This document shows positions 34,565 to 50,466 of a DNA stretch of 64,000 nt, piece after piece. Origin of the DNA: the human T2T-CHM13v2.0 reference genome, Homo sapiens. The stretch is from the NCBI RefSeq assembly GCF_009914755.1, contig NC_060931.1, one strand, 5' to 3'. The notes beneath the pieces were generated by a model. That model searched no databases. It saw only the letters and a list, made by a program, of their open reading frames with translations, and was not told the origin of the DNA. Positions within the stretch are counted from its first letter, which is position 1, and every line of letters begins with the position of its first letter. The translations under genes and the position numbers were made by a program.

Positions 34565-34971
34565 TGATATGGTTTGGGTCTGTGTCCCTGCCCAAATCTC
34601 ACGTCCAGTTGTAATCCCCAACGTTGGAGGTGGGGCCCGGTGGGAGGTGATTGAATCATGCAGGTGGATTTCCTGCTTGGTACTGTGTCGTGCTAGAGAG
34701 TGAACTCTCGTGAGATCTGGTTGTTTAAAAGTGTGTAGCATCTTCCCCCCGCCTCTTCCTTCTGCTCTGGCTATGTACGGTGAGTCTGCTTTTCCTTCTT
34801 CACCTTCTGCTGTGATTGTAAGTTTCCTGAGGCTTCCCCAGAAGCCGAGCAGATGCCAGCGCCATGCCTTGTGTACAGCCTGCAGAACTGTGAGCCAATT
34901 AAACCCCCTTTCTTTACAAATTACCCTGTCTCAGGTATCTCTTTATAGCAATGCAAGAACTGACTAATACA
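34565..34971 (+). mobile_element. MSTA/B MaLR solo LTR
   Basis: TGATATGG...CTAATACA; perfect 5-bp TSD aggac. Confidence 0.95.
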
Positions 34972-35047
34972 AGGACAAAACCACAAAGCCACAGAAGCAA
35001 GGGCCAATGATGCAGCTCTGCAGAAAAGACACACTGATTTCCCCCTA

Positions 35048-35419
<372 letters not shown>

Positions 35420-35650
35420 TTAAACTTCATTCCAAATGATGGAGGCTCAGCTTGACTAAGGCAACATGAAGCTGATTGACTGAATATGTCTTGAGAAGCA
35501 TTTCTGAGCTGGGCTCTGTGTTGAGTGGGCCCTTTCACAGACGTTATAATATGCAAACATCTGCAATGTCATTTCTCCATGAGAACCATTATTTCCATTT
35601 TATAGTTGGAGAGACTGAGGGCTCAGGCCAGTGTCCTTAGGTCATGGAAC

Positions 35651-36442
<792 letters not shown>

Positions 36443-37596
36443 GAGCTGGCAAGGGACAGAGACAGGATTTCAACCAACAACTCCTGAATTCCAGTTCACT
36501 ATTCCTTCCAGAATAATAGACACCACTTCCCACATATGCTCTGAGGATACTGATTGTGACAAATTGGCTTACTAATATTAATCTGCTGTGTTTCACGTGA
36601 CTGTTGAGAGCTGGCAGATCTCTTTGTCTAATTCCTCTTCTGAGTACAAGATCCCAATTAGCGCCCTGGCCTCAGCCCTCATTCTTCTCCCATCAGGAAC
36701 TCCAGCTGAGCTCTTCACACACCATTCATAGCCTGCCCCGTGGAATCAGTTTTCTCCTATCTGCTCCTTTCCCCGCCTCTTCCAGAAGCTGCCAGTCATG
36801 TGGGCTTTCATTCATTGCTTCCAGGGATGGAAAGAGACAATATAATCGCTCCCTCTACACCTGTCAGGTAGAGGCTGCATTAGGCAGCTTGTTTGAGCTT
36901 GTTTTTAGTTCCAATCAAAGTGATTGAAACAGATGTACCTCGTGGGTCTTATTAAACGGCAGGGAAAATTACTCATCAGGCATCTGACTTGTTCCATGAA
37001 TTCTCTGTATGCAGACAACGCTGCCTTTCTCCCCTTAAATAAACAAGTGTTTAGTTTGCTGATCAATAGTTAAGATTGGGCTGGCTGGAGGAGAATCCGT
37101 TTAATCACAGACACAGAATGGCAAACGGCCTATTGCAATGCTCCCCTGCTAAGATTTTAGGAGTAATTTTTCCCTTTGACAGAGAGAAACATTATCTGCT
37201 TCTCATTCATTTGCTTATTTATTTGTTTATTCAATAAATATTGACTGGGCACCTACCCCATCATGTGCTGAGTCCGGCGTTAGGTGTTAGGAATGTTTTA
37301 GTAATGGATTTGACAGGAGCCCTGCTTCCGGGAAGCCCACAGTCTGGAGGAACATAGAAATAAATTCACAAACAATTGCAGTAGAAGTAAATGGATAACA
37401 GACTGCTCATTCAAGCCCTGTTTATGGATATGGGTCATGGAGACAGCTTCTAAAGTGGCTCTCGATGCTGTCTACCTCCTGACATCCATGCCCACGTGTG
37501 ATCCCCTGCCCTTGAGTCAGGGCTGGACCTATGACTTGCTTCTAATAAACAGAATATGGCAAAAATGATGGGATGTCACTTCCAAGATTTGGTAAC

Positions 37597-38117
<521 letters not shown>

Positions 38118-38181
38118 CTACCTCAGCGTCCCGAAATGCTGAGATTACAGGTGTGAGCCACATGCTTGGTCAGAATCTGCA

Positions 38182-38490
<309 letters not shown>

Positions 38491-38627
38491 GGAATCTACA
38501 TTTTAACAAGCATTTCAGCCTATTTAGATGTAGGGGCTCTCAGATAGCACTTTGAGAAACTGTGCTGTGCAGGGTGGGTACGAGAATGAGAAGCCAGAGG
38601 CATGGAGCCTGGAGAGGTGGGACAAGC

Positions 38628-38895
38628 CTTTTTTTTTTTTTCTTTTTTTGGGACGGAGGCTTGCTCTTTCGTCCAGGCTGGAGTGCAGTGGCACGACCTT
38701 GGCTCAGTGCAACCTCCGCCTCTTGGGTTCAAGTGATTCTCCTGCCTCAGCCTCTTGAGTAGCTGGGATTACAGGTGCCTGCCACCATGCCCAGTTCATT
38801 TTTATATTTTTAGTAGAGACGGGTTTCACCATGTTGGCCAGGTTGATCTCGAACTCCTGACCTCAGGTTATCTGCCCGCCTGAGGTTATCTGCCT
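38628..38895 (-). mobile_element. Alu, 5'-truncated with 18-bp junction duplication
   Basis: cct(c/g)aggttatctgcc x2 at the break. Confidence 0.9.
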
Positions 38896-39119
38896 TGGGC
38901 CATTTGAGTATGATTTTCTACCTCTAAGGCCTAGGCAGGAACCTTTGTTGTATCATTCTCATTACATGTAGATATCTGGATTGACCACATGGAGGAACTG
39001 GAAGGAGGTGTAGAACTAGAAACCATGTCAAGGGGGAGTGAGTCCTGCTTCAGGTTTGAAAAAGTTAAACATATTCAGAATGGATACGGATGCAACATAA
39101 AATGATAGGAATTTACTGT

Positions 39120-39387
39120 AGGAGGTGATTAAGTCATGAGGGTGAAGGGGGAGTAGTGCCCTTATAAGAGGCACCCCAGAGAGCTCTCTAGCTCTCTTTC
39201 TGTTGTGTGAGGATATAAGGAGAAGGCAGCAATTTGCAAACCAGAAACTGGGCCCTCACCAGACACCAGCCTGCTGGCACTGTGATCTTGGACTTCCCAG
39301 CCTCTAGAACTGTGAGAAATAAATATTTGTTGTTTAAGCCACCCAGTCTATGGTAATTTGTTATAGCTGCACAAATGGAGTAAGCTA
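39120..39387 (+). mobile_element. MLT1A-type LTR 3' portion
   Basis: ggacttcccagcctctagaactgtgagaaataaat...aagccacccagtctatgg. Confidence 0.8.
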
Positions 39388-39431
39388 CTACCCAATGTCC
39401 AATCTCTTCTTCTTTAGTTACAGAGCTATAT

Positions 39432-39732
39432 TTATTTTATTTTATTTTATTTTTGAGATGGAGTCTCACTGCCACCCAGGCTAGAGTGCAGTGGCGTGAT
39501 CTTGGCTCCCTGCAAATTCCACCAGCCAGGTTCAAGTGATTCCCTGCGTCAGCCTCCTGAGTAGCTGGATTACAGGCATGGGCCACCACACCCAGCTAAT
39601 TTTTCTATTTTTGGTAGAGACAGGGTTTCACCATGTTGGCCAGGCTGGTCCGTAACTCCTGACCTCAGACGATCTACCCGCCTTGGCCTCCCAAAGTACT
39701 GGGATTACAGGCATGAGCCACTGTGTCCAGCC
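39432..39732 (-). mobile_element. Alu (AluS-like)
   Basis: Antisense Alu dimer. Confidence 0.95.
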
Positions 39733-40923
39733 AGAGCCCTATATTTTTGAAGGTAGGTCTTGCTTGGCTAAAAATTCTTATTTCTCAATCTCCCTGGTGA
39801 TGGGGTTTCCAATGAGATTGAATCAGAAATTATCAGGTGGGAATTTGGAAAAGCTCTTTAAAGGGGGTGTTTTGCTTCCCCACTACCTCATCTTCTTTCT
39901 TCCTGCCTGAAGCATGGGCATGATGCCTGGGGCTCCATTTCTGACTATGGGATAATCTCCAGGATAAAAGCCATTCATTAAAGATGCTGGGACAGAAACA
40001 CTGGAGAAGGCTAGGCGTGGATGGTTTTATGGAATCATCACAACTTCCATAGACTGCCTTCCTTTGGACTTTTTTATAGGAGAAAAAGAAAAATCTCAAT
40101 TTTGTTTATGAGCCAGTGTTACTTCAGGTCTCTGTTGCTGGCATATTAGTCAGAAACAATATTAAATAAATGCAAACACTTTACACAATGCCCAGCCCCT
40201 TGTAAGCATTTACTAAATTGTACCTGTCATGATTGTGGTCATAGTGGTAGTGATGGTTATAATAAGCTTGGCATAAACTGCTTTGAGCTCGTAAAGCCCT
40301 GGTATTGCTTTTCCTGGCTTAGAGCCTCTGGTTCAATTTCAGATACACAAACTCAAATGATTACCAGCAAGGTTTCCTTAGTTCTTCCATCATGGTGCAT
40401 TCCACATTCATCTTTAACCTATTCCTAATGTAGTCCTTTATTCTGGAAGTATCATCGGCTCCATTTTGCAGGTGAGAAACGGAAGCTCAGGGAAGCGAAT
40501 TTACTACTCAGACAACGTCATGCAACAGTGAATGATGCATTGAACCCAGGACCAACCTGTTTTCTTGAAGCTAGAATGATAGCGCGGAGTGTTGTAAAGA
40601 AAATAACACTGAGTTTGCAGGTCGACAGATCTGTGTGTTAATCTTGGCACTGGTGCTTCCCAGTTGTGTGACTTTGGATAGTGAGCTCTTTTTTTTTTCT
40701 CCTTTTTTTTGGGATGGAGTTTCACCCTAGTGTGAGTTCATCATTTTTTTAAGCCTCAGTTTCTCACCTGTAAAACGGGGGCAATAAATACAGCACAGAT
40801 TACTACCTAATATGAGTGAAGTGCCCAGTCCAGGAGCTGACACAGGACAGGCACCTGAGAAAAGGTGGTCTGTGCTACTTTGTCCCCCCCTTCAGGATTT
40901 ACAGGAACCACAGAAGATCACCC

Positions 40924-41475
40924 CGTCAGAAGAGTGTGAACCAGAGCAACTCCATCTTGAATAGGGGCTGGGTAAAATGGGGCTGATACCTACTTGGCTG
41001 CATTCCCAGATGGTTAAAGCATTTCAGGTCACAGGATGAGATAGGAAGTCAGCACAAGATACAGGTCATAAAGACCTTGCTGATAAAACAGGCTGCAGTA
41101 AAGAAGCTGGCCAAAACCCACCAAAACCAAGATGGTAACGAGAGTAACCTCTGGTCGTCCTCACTGCTACACTCCCACCAGCGCCCAGACAGTGTACAAA
41201 TGCCATGGCAACATCAGGAAGTTACTTTATAGGTCTAAAAAGGGGAGCCATGAATGATCCACTCCTTAATTAGCATATCATCGACAATTAACCATAAAAA
41301 TGGGCAACTAGCAGCCCTCAGGGCTGCTCGTCTATGGAGTAGCTATTCTTTTATTACTTTACTTTCTTAATAAACTTGCTTTCACTTTACTCTATGGACT
41401 TGCCACGAATTCTTTCTTGCATGAGATCCAAGAACCCTCTCTTGGGGTCTGGTTCGGGACCCCTTCCCTGTAACA
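40924..41475 (+). mobile_element. MER41A solo LTR
   Basis: MER41 sequence lacking the GAS-bearing segment; 4-bp TSD accc. Confidence 0.9.
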
Positions 41476-42823
41476 ACCCCACTTGGATATATTAATTATG
41501 GGTAGGGGATGACCTTCACATGGTCACAGCCTGTCAATCCAAACTGATCAGTAAAGCCAAAGATGGTTCTAAGGCCCCTTTCTCTATCTAGTGTGGCCAG
41601 AAATCCTTCAAGGCAGCTGCCTGAATTTTGTCAGGCTGATGGTTAATCTGTTTCCCTTGGGAAGACGGCCTTAGTGGTCTGCTAAGGTGCCATTTGCAGG
41701 AATAATTGGTTTGACAATAGACACACTAAGAGAAGCATCTCTGAATCCTCTGCCTACAGCCTGGGTTCCTATCACTCAGGCTCCTGGGAGCTCCCTCTCA
41801 TTCCCTAAGCCAAATAGATGACACCAAGGAGAGAGAGAGAAATCTTTGAAGTGGAAGAAGGCACTTGGACTAATGGCATAATTACTCCAGATAATCATTT
41901 GCAAAGTAATTATGGACTATTGTTAGGATGCTCTATCATTTTTTTTAAAGTAATAAGGCTTTGGTTTGAGTGAGTGATTATGGGGAAAAAAGGCAATAAT
42001 ATGTGTGTACATTTCAACAGGAGAGAAACACTTTTCATGGCCCTTTTCACAAACCAGCATGCCCACTTTCCTGCCTCCCTAGTGCAACACCAGAAATTAA
42101 CCCAGAACCCCCTCAATGGGCCCCAGTGGGCATCGCTGCATCCTCTGCCCTGCTTTGAACATCTCTGGTATTCAAATGCAATTTTGAGAAACACTGGCTA
42201 TAGAACAATTTCCTAAGAAATGCATTTCCCACGAGGACAGGAAGATTTGAGGCCATGTTGTCAATGTAATGAAGCCAGGAGCCTTCAATGTGGGAAAGTT
42301 CTGGAGCTGCTCTCATGGGCACTTCAGACCAGAGCTGGGCTTCCCTAACTTCTGGCCCACCTGGTAGGATGTCTGTGGGTTCCCATCTCTCATTGTGGGC
42401 CCCACGGCTCCCTTGCACCCAGCCTACTGCCTCTGCTTAGTTGGGCCGTGGGTAGCTAATTGAGATACATATCACAATTTTAACTTTTAAAATATCATAT
42501 AGTTTTACATTAGGATAAATGGGGTACATAGAAAGGCTGTAACAGAGCGTTATTCTCTGCCTACACTGAGCACACTGGTTATGTCCAGCTGACATCCTAG
42601 AGACGACTTCAGGGATGCATGGGAAGCAGGGGCCGAGATTGAGGTTGCTCTTTCTAGATGGAAATTCAGTCTAAAGATGAAGGTGATAGAGGAGCAGGGA
42701 GCTGGAAGGACTGAGATTTGGGTGGGTCCATCCAGGCCCTCCCTGAGTTGGGCCCCTCGATCCCAGAGGAAGCAGGGAACCATTCAGGCAGCCTGGCACA
42801 GAGCCGGTAACAATTGTCACTAA

Positions 42824-42921
42824 TTATAGCTCCTGTTTCCTGAGTTTCTGGAAAGGCCAAACCCATTCTCATTTATAGCTCCTGTTTCCTGAGTTTCTAG
42901 GAAGGCCAAACCCATTCTCAT
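42824..42921. repeat. 49-bp tandem duplication (2 mismatches)
   Basis: ttatagctcctgtttcctgagtttct...aaggccaaacccattctcat x2. Confidence 0.95.
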
Positions 42922-43286
42922 TTGATCTCAGTGACAAAGGAACAGCGAGCCAGAGAGGGAAGGGATTTGCCCAAGGCCTCCCTGCCTCTCAAAAAAGAAC
43001 TTTCACTTGAGGAGAGACAGCAAAGCCAGGGTTGCACAGAAGTCAGATGTCCTGTACTCTTGCCTCACGGTGTTGCTGAGCTGAGGGACCTGGGTCACGT
43101 GGGGCAGCCTGCAGATTCCTAGGAGGGGCTCTGTGGACATCATCTTTTGGTTCTGTCTGGGGCTGGCTTTTGCAGTCAGGTGGCCCACTAGCCACAGAAC
43201 TGGATTCTTGTAATAGGACTGAACTGGGGCTCACTTACCTGGTGCAGTAAAACTAGATATCCACACTGAGGTTTTTGCAACAATAG

Positions 43287-44492
43287 CGTAAACTAGCAAT
43301 ACAATTCTGAGTCCCCCAACCAACTGAACGAACCCCCTCCTGGCTGAGGGGATCCTAAGAAAATCTGAAAAACTAGTTCAGCCCATGAGGTGAAGGGGAG
43401 GTCCAATATGCACTGTTTTACCCCCTCCCTTTGGAGTTTAGGCACAACTGACCAGCACTAACATTAAAATAGAGATAATGAAACCACAAAACAGACTCTG
43501 TGGCAATAAGATACCAAATTCCAACCTGATCTGGTATAGCATCACATGACAAATAGCAGGCCCTAAAGGAAATCAAATATATTTCTTTAACATATTTTGA
43601 AATGGTTCTGCAAAGCAGTCTCTAGTGGGGGAAGTCTACATTCTGTAAAGAATCTGCTTCCTGGGCCAGGCACGGTGGCTCATGCCTGTAATCCCAGCAC
43701 TTTGGGAGGCCAAGGCCAGCACATCATGAGGTCAGGAGATCGAGATCATCCTGGCTAACACGGTGAAACCCCGTCTCTACTAAAAATACAAAAAATTAGC
43801 CAGGCGTGGTGGCGGGCGCCTGTAGTCCCAGCTACTCAGGAGGCTGAGGCAGGAGAATGGCGTGAACCTGGGAGGCGGAGCTTGCAGTGAGCCAAGATTG
43901 CGCCACTGCACTCCAGGCTGGGTGACAGAGAGAGACTCCGTCTCAAAAAAAAAAAAAAAAAAAAAAAGAATCTGCTTCCTTTTCTAGGTCTTTTTTCTGA
44001 TCAAGGAGATATTTAGCTAAGAGTCTGACACCATTTAAGATCTGAAAAGAGATATTTACCATCTATTTTCTCTGAAGCCTGTTACTTAGAGGTGTCATCT
44101 ACGTAACAAGAACCTTGGCTTCCATAACCCCTGTTATCTTAACTCAAGCATTTCTTTATGCTGACTTCAACTCTTAGGCAAAGCTTAACTCTTTCAACCA
44201 ATTGCCAATTAGGAAATCTTTGAATCCACTTATGACCTGGAAGCCCTGCTCCACACCCTCAAGATATCCTGCTTTTTCAGCCCACACCAATATATACTTT
44301 CCATGTATTGATTTATGTCTTTGCCTGTAGCTTCTCTCTCCCTAAAATGTATAAAACCAAGTTGTAACCCCACCATCTTGAGCACATGTTCTCAGTACCT
44401 CTTGAGACTGTGTTCCAGGCCATAATCACTCATATTTGGCTCAGAGTAAACCTCTTCAAATATTTTACAGAGTTTGGCTTTTTTCATCAACA
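43287..44492 (+). mobile_element. MER4D-type LTR containing AluY
   Basis: ctgaaaaactagttcag...cacaactgaccagca...tttcatcaaca; TSD atag/attg. Confidence 0.8.
43664..43967 (+). mobile_element. AluY
   Basis: AluY diagnostics; 16-bp TSD aaagaatctgcttcct. Confidence 0.95.
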
Positions 44493-44994
44493 ATTGAAAA
44501 GAAAGCATGTATTGCAAGACACCAAGCAAGGAGAATTGGGTAGCTCATACTTAAGACCTGACCTCCCCAATGGCTTGCAGGCAAGAGTTTTTAAAGGCAG
44601 AGATAAATTTTAGGAAAGTAGAAGCTACAGGCAAAATCATAAATCAATACATGGAGGTTACACATTGGTTTAAGCTTAAAAGTGTGGGATATCTTGAAGC
44701 GGGGGCTTACAGGTTGTAGATAGACTCAAAGATTTTCTGATTTGCAATTGGTTAAGATAGAGAAGCTTTGTTTAAAAATTTAAAGTCGACAGAAAAAAGA
44801 AAGTTAGCTTTCAAGGGGGATTGACTTTCCTCAAGCCCCTCAGGAAGAAACTTATAATAAAGAGTGATAGTTAAGGTTTGGTCTTCACTTTCCCCTTATC
44901 TGGGGTCTAGTGCCAGCTGATCTGTTCCACAGGGTTCTCTAGTGGGGGTCCAAGCCACTGAAAATCAACTCAGGGACATACATTAAGATGTTAT

Positions 44995-45856
<862 letters not shown>

Positions 45857-45869
45857 TTATCTTTACTTT

Positions 45870-46513
45870 TTTAAATCAAAAATAAAATTCTAAGCACCAC
45901 CAACTATCTGAATGAACCCCTCCTTTCAGCCAAGGGCATTCCAAAGTTAACCTGAAAAACTAGTTCAGGCTATTATGGGAATGGGGAGCTTAACATGACT
46001 CATTATATCTTCCTCTTTTTTAGAATTTACACACGGCTGACCAGCGTTAACATCAACACAAAGGCCTTAGGACTGATAGAACAGACTCTTTAAGTTGGAT
46101 AAGGAACATTTACAATCTGTTCTCTCTGAAGCCTGCTACCTGGTGGCTTCATCTACGTGATGAAACCTTGGTCTCCACAACTCCTTACTGTAACTCAGAC
46201 ATTCCTTTCTATTGATTCCAGGTCTTTGGATATGAACTCAACTCATTGCCAATCAGAAAATCTTTGAATCTGCCTATGACCTGAAAGCTCCTGCTTCCAG
46301 TTGTCCTGCCTTTCTGGACCAAACCAAGGTACATGTTACATGTGTTGATTGGGGTCTTATGTCTCCCTAAATGTATTAAACCAAGCTGTAACCCAGCCAC
46401 CTTGGGACATGTCATCAGGACCTCCTGAGGCTGTGTTATGGGCATGTCCTTAACCTTGGCAAAATTAACTTCCAAATTGATTGAGACTCATGTCAGATAC
46501 TTTTTGGTTTACA
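45870..46513 (+). mobile_element. MER4A/B-type LTR
   Basis: aaaataaaattctaagc...ttaacctgaaaaactagttcagg...tttttggtttaca; TSD cttt/gttt. Confidence 0.8.
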
Positions 46514-46991
46514 GTTTCCATAGGGAATGCAAATGTCTGTAGAACTTCAGCTTCCTTGGTTATATTCGTTTAGGCTACTCTTACCTTCTTATTTAACAAA
46601 TTACTTATTTACTTCTGGGGCTAGCAAGGTGCCTGGAATTTCCCTTGAGAGAACTTCCTCAAGCATGGAGATTTTCCTTAATCTCCATGCTTGAGGTCTG
46701 CAGGCTCCTAAAAGAAAAGGGGATCCCTGCTGTTTCACTCTCATCAGAGAAAGATGGTCACTTTCTGTGAAAACAGAAGAAGGGCGTGAACCAGGGTGGT
46801 AGTTGATCAGGATCTCACGCTGGGTCACAGATGACTCTGTTAAAAGAGGCAGCTATGCCATTGTCTGGATTCCGGATAGCTGAGATGAAGGCATCATTGC
46901 AAGTGAATTAAACAGTTGTTTCTGGCCTTAGGCTGCCTGGGATTTTACTCTACTTAGCTGTGACATCTTGAGCAAGTTAACCTCTTCAAGA

Positions 46992-47437
46992 TGTGGAGTC
47001 CTAATTAGGAAGGGGGAGTTGGGCTGGCAGGACCAAGGGAAAGCAAAAAGAGAAAGACCATAAGCTATAAGTCCGCCTTTCTTCATGGTCCAGAACACAT
47101 AGGCCTGCTGTGCAAATAACCCACAATCTTCCTGCACCCAGCTATCACCAGACCCTTGGCTGATGAAAAATGCAAGTTAATTCACTGCAGCCTTGGCATT
47201 ATCAGACTGTACAAAGCCCTCTTCACCACACAGCACAAGCACCATTCCATAAAATCGTCAGCAAGCCTTTGTCATCTCTTTGCAGTCAGCCCCCATCTTG
47301 CTGACCTGCCCATTGCTTCCTTGCAATGTATTTTCATACTTTCTCTAATAAATCTGCTTTTGTTTACCTGTGACTGTCTTGGGAGATTCTCTTACTGCCC
47401 ACACGACACTGGCCTCAGATAGTCACTATCTGCAACA
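46992..47437 (+). mobile_element. LTR47-like ERVL solo LTR (in MIR)
   Basis: TG...CA, AATAAA, 5-bp TSD caaga/cagga. Confidence 0.7.
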
Positions 47438-48193
47438 CAGGAGTTTATTTCTCATCTGTAAAGTGGCTCCAGTAACTTGATTTGGGGGGATTAATGAGCT
47501 AATCCAGGTAATATACTTGGCACAGTGCCTATATATTAAGCTCAGAAACATTGGCTGCTATTCTGAAGATAATTATTGTTATTGAGAGCTGGGGCTCTGG
47601 AATGAGACCCACTTGAGTTCCACTCTTGGCTATTGTATTTATTAGTTGTGTGATCTTGGACTAGTCATTACCTCCACAAGCATAAAATGTGGGTAATAAT
47701 AGGTGTAGCTACTTCATAGAGTTAAGAAGATTAAGTGTGTTAATCCACTTAATGTGCTCAGCACATACTATATTATTATTTATCTCTACGTTCAGCTGTG
47801 AGTTTATCCATAGGTAGAGGAGGTGCCTGCTTTTTGGTACTAAACTGGGAAGGGGTGCAGACTTGTTTAAGGCTTGTTAGAGAGTAGTTGTAAGCTAACA
47901 GGTGGAAGGGCATGTGTCCCGGATCTGCTGGCTCCAAAACTGAAGCTTCCCACTGCCCAGTGCTTCCTCCTTGGGCTGGGTGCTAGGGGACTCTTCAGAA
48001 GATAGCAACCGCCTGTTTCATTGCACAGCTGTGGTGGGTGCGGCTCCAGCCTCAGCTCCTTCAGGACAGGGCAGATGCTTGGTTCATCTTTGCATCTATT
48101 CAGCTCAGACTGTGGAATGTAGTAATACCTCAGTGAATTGCTCTGAGTTGATTATAAGCCAAGAGACAAAGGTGAACATCCGAGATGGCATAT

Positions 48194-48832
48194 TGTTACC
48201 AGAAAGGGGTCTCAATGCAGACCCCGAGAGAGGGTTCTGGAATCTTTTGTTTTGTTTTTTGGATTCTCAAATCTTGCCCAAGAAAGAATTTGGGGCAAGT
48301 CCACAGAGTACAGTGAAGGCAAGTTTATTAGGAAAGTAAAGGAATAAAAGAATGGCTACTCCATAAACAGAGCAGCCCCAAGTGCTGCTGGTTGCCCACT
48401 TTTACAGTTATTTCTTGATTATATGCTAAATGGGGGTGGATTACTCATGAGTTTTTTGGGAAAGTGGTGGATAATTCCTGGAACTAAGGGTTTCTCCCCT
48501 TTTTAGAGCTTATGGGTAACTTTTGGACGTTGCCATGGCATGTGTAAACTGTCATGGCACTGGTGGGCATATTTTTTAGCATGCTAATGTATTATAATTA
48601 GTGTATGGTGAGCAGTGAGGATGACCAGAGGTTACTTTGGTCGCCATCTTGGTTTTGGTGGGTTTTGGCCGGCTTCTTTACCACAGACTGTTTTATCAGC
48701 AAGGTCTTTATAACCTGTATCTCATCCTGTGACTTAGAAGGCCTAACCTCCTGGGAATGCAGCCCAGTGGGTCTCGGCCTTCTTTTACCGAGCCCCTATT
48801 CGAGATGGACTCTTGTTCAAACACCTCTGACA
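48194..48832 (-). mobile_element. MER41B-type solo LTR
   Basis: Antisense MER41 with GAS segment; TSD atat. Confidence 0.9.
48475..48483. promoter_or_regulatory. GAS (STAT1) motif TTCCTGGAA in MER41B
   Basis: Matches TTCNNNGAA; activity untested. Confidence 0.4.
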
Positions 48833-49095
48833 ATATGATCAAGTTCCACGTTGTATGGGACAGATAATTTGAATAGAAATAGTCCAAAGGATAGGGCTGG
48901 AATCATCAGCAGAGCTCTCTGGAGGAGTTGAACTGAGCTGTTCCTTGAATGATGGACCTGCTTTAAAAAGGACATGGGGAAATGGGGACAATTTCTGGGT
49001 TGGGAGGCAACGTGGTCAGTGTGACTGCAATGTGCTGGAGGGAGCAGAAAGGGGCCAGTTTTGTTGGAGCAGGATGTGTGTGTTAGAGGTGAGGG

Positions 49096-49570
49096 TAAGG
49101 GAGGAGACCACCCCTCATATTGTCTTATGCCCAATGTCTGCCTCCAAAGAAAGAAGAAGTAAAAACTAAAAGGCAGAAATGAAATCCACAGGCAGACAGC
49201 CCGGTGCCACACTGTGGGCCTGGTAGTTAAAGATCGACTCCTGACCTAATCGGTTATGTTATCTATAGACAGATCTGTTCAAAAGTCACATTGTATAGAA
49301 AAGCACTGTGAAAATCCCTGTCCTGTTCTGTTCCGTTCTAATTACCGGTGCATGCAGCCCCCAGTCACGTACCCCCTGCTTGCTCAATCGCTCACTACCC
49401 TCTCACGCAGACCCCCTTAGAGTTGTAAGCCCTTAAGAAGGACAGAAATTGCTCACTCGGGGAACTCAGTTGTTGGAGACATGAGTCTTGCTGAAGCTCC
49501 TGGCCGAATAAAGCCCTTCCTTCTTTAACTCGGTGTCTGAGGGGTTTTGTCTGCAGCTTGTCCTGCTACA
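49096..49570 (+). mobile_element. LTR2 (HERV-E/Harlequin) solo LTR
   Basis: taagggaggagaccacccctcatattgtcttatgccc...gtcctgctaca. Confidence 0.9.
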
Positions 49571-50466
49571 AAGGGGCGATGACAGGCCTTGAGAAGGGGA
49601 TAGGAGTTTGAGCTCAATGTGGTAGCCTACCAAGAGATGCAGAAAGTTTCGGAGGTGGAATGACCTCTGATGAGTATCTTGAAGGTTGACTTGGTGGCTG
49701 TTGTGCAGGTTGCAGGTGTGGGCAGGGGAGCAATGCCTGGAAGCAGCCACATTTGCTGGTGCACCCCAGCACTAAGCGTGCAATCTGGTGCCTTGTAGAG
49801 CTGCCCTCAGCCTCTTGTCTGACTTGAGCATCCCGGGAGATTATGCAGTCTGCGTTGTGTTGCAAAGTGGTGCAGTCACTTAACCATGACCCACAGATTA
49901 AGTCACCTATTGTGTCGAGTAATGAGGCATTCTCAGAGGCCTTTATGCAAGCAAATAGAATATTTACCCAGGTCCCAGGGAGCCTGGGGATACCTTGGGA
50001 GCATGAGATGGCTTTGAAGTGGAATCAAATGAAACCCTTAAGCCTCTGAGTAGGACAGATCTGTTCAAAATCACAGCCTGTCAATTTCAAGGACAGACCA
50101 TTTTCAGTGCAAATAAACTTTCAGCAAGAAGCCTTGGATAGTGAGCCTGCCTGGAGACACAGGGCTGTTTCTCAGTCATTATTTTTTAGGGCAGTGTGGA
50201 AAGGACAGGGAAACAGAGAGAGGCAAAGTGGATGGAAAACAGGGCACCTGGGTTCAACGACCTGCACGTTCCCAGTATCAATGTGTGACCTTGAGGAGGC
50301 CAGAATCTAATGATAATAAGGCCATGTTAGACTTTGATGTGCTAACTGATTTAATCCTTGAGCCACTTTCAGAAATAATTTATTAATGAGTAAGTCAAGA
50401 TGGGAGGTAAGGGCAACTCGGGGCAATTCTGAAAGGTGGTTCTAGCTTCAGATGGTTGACTGAGGC

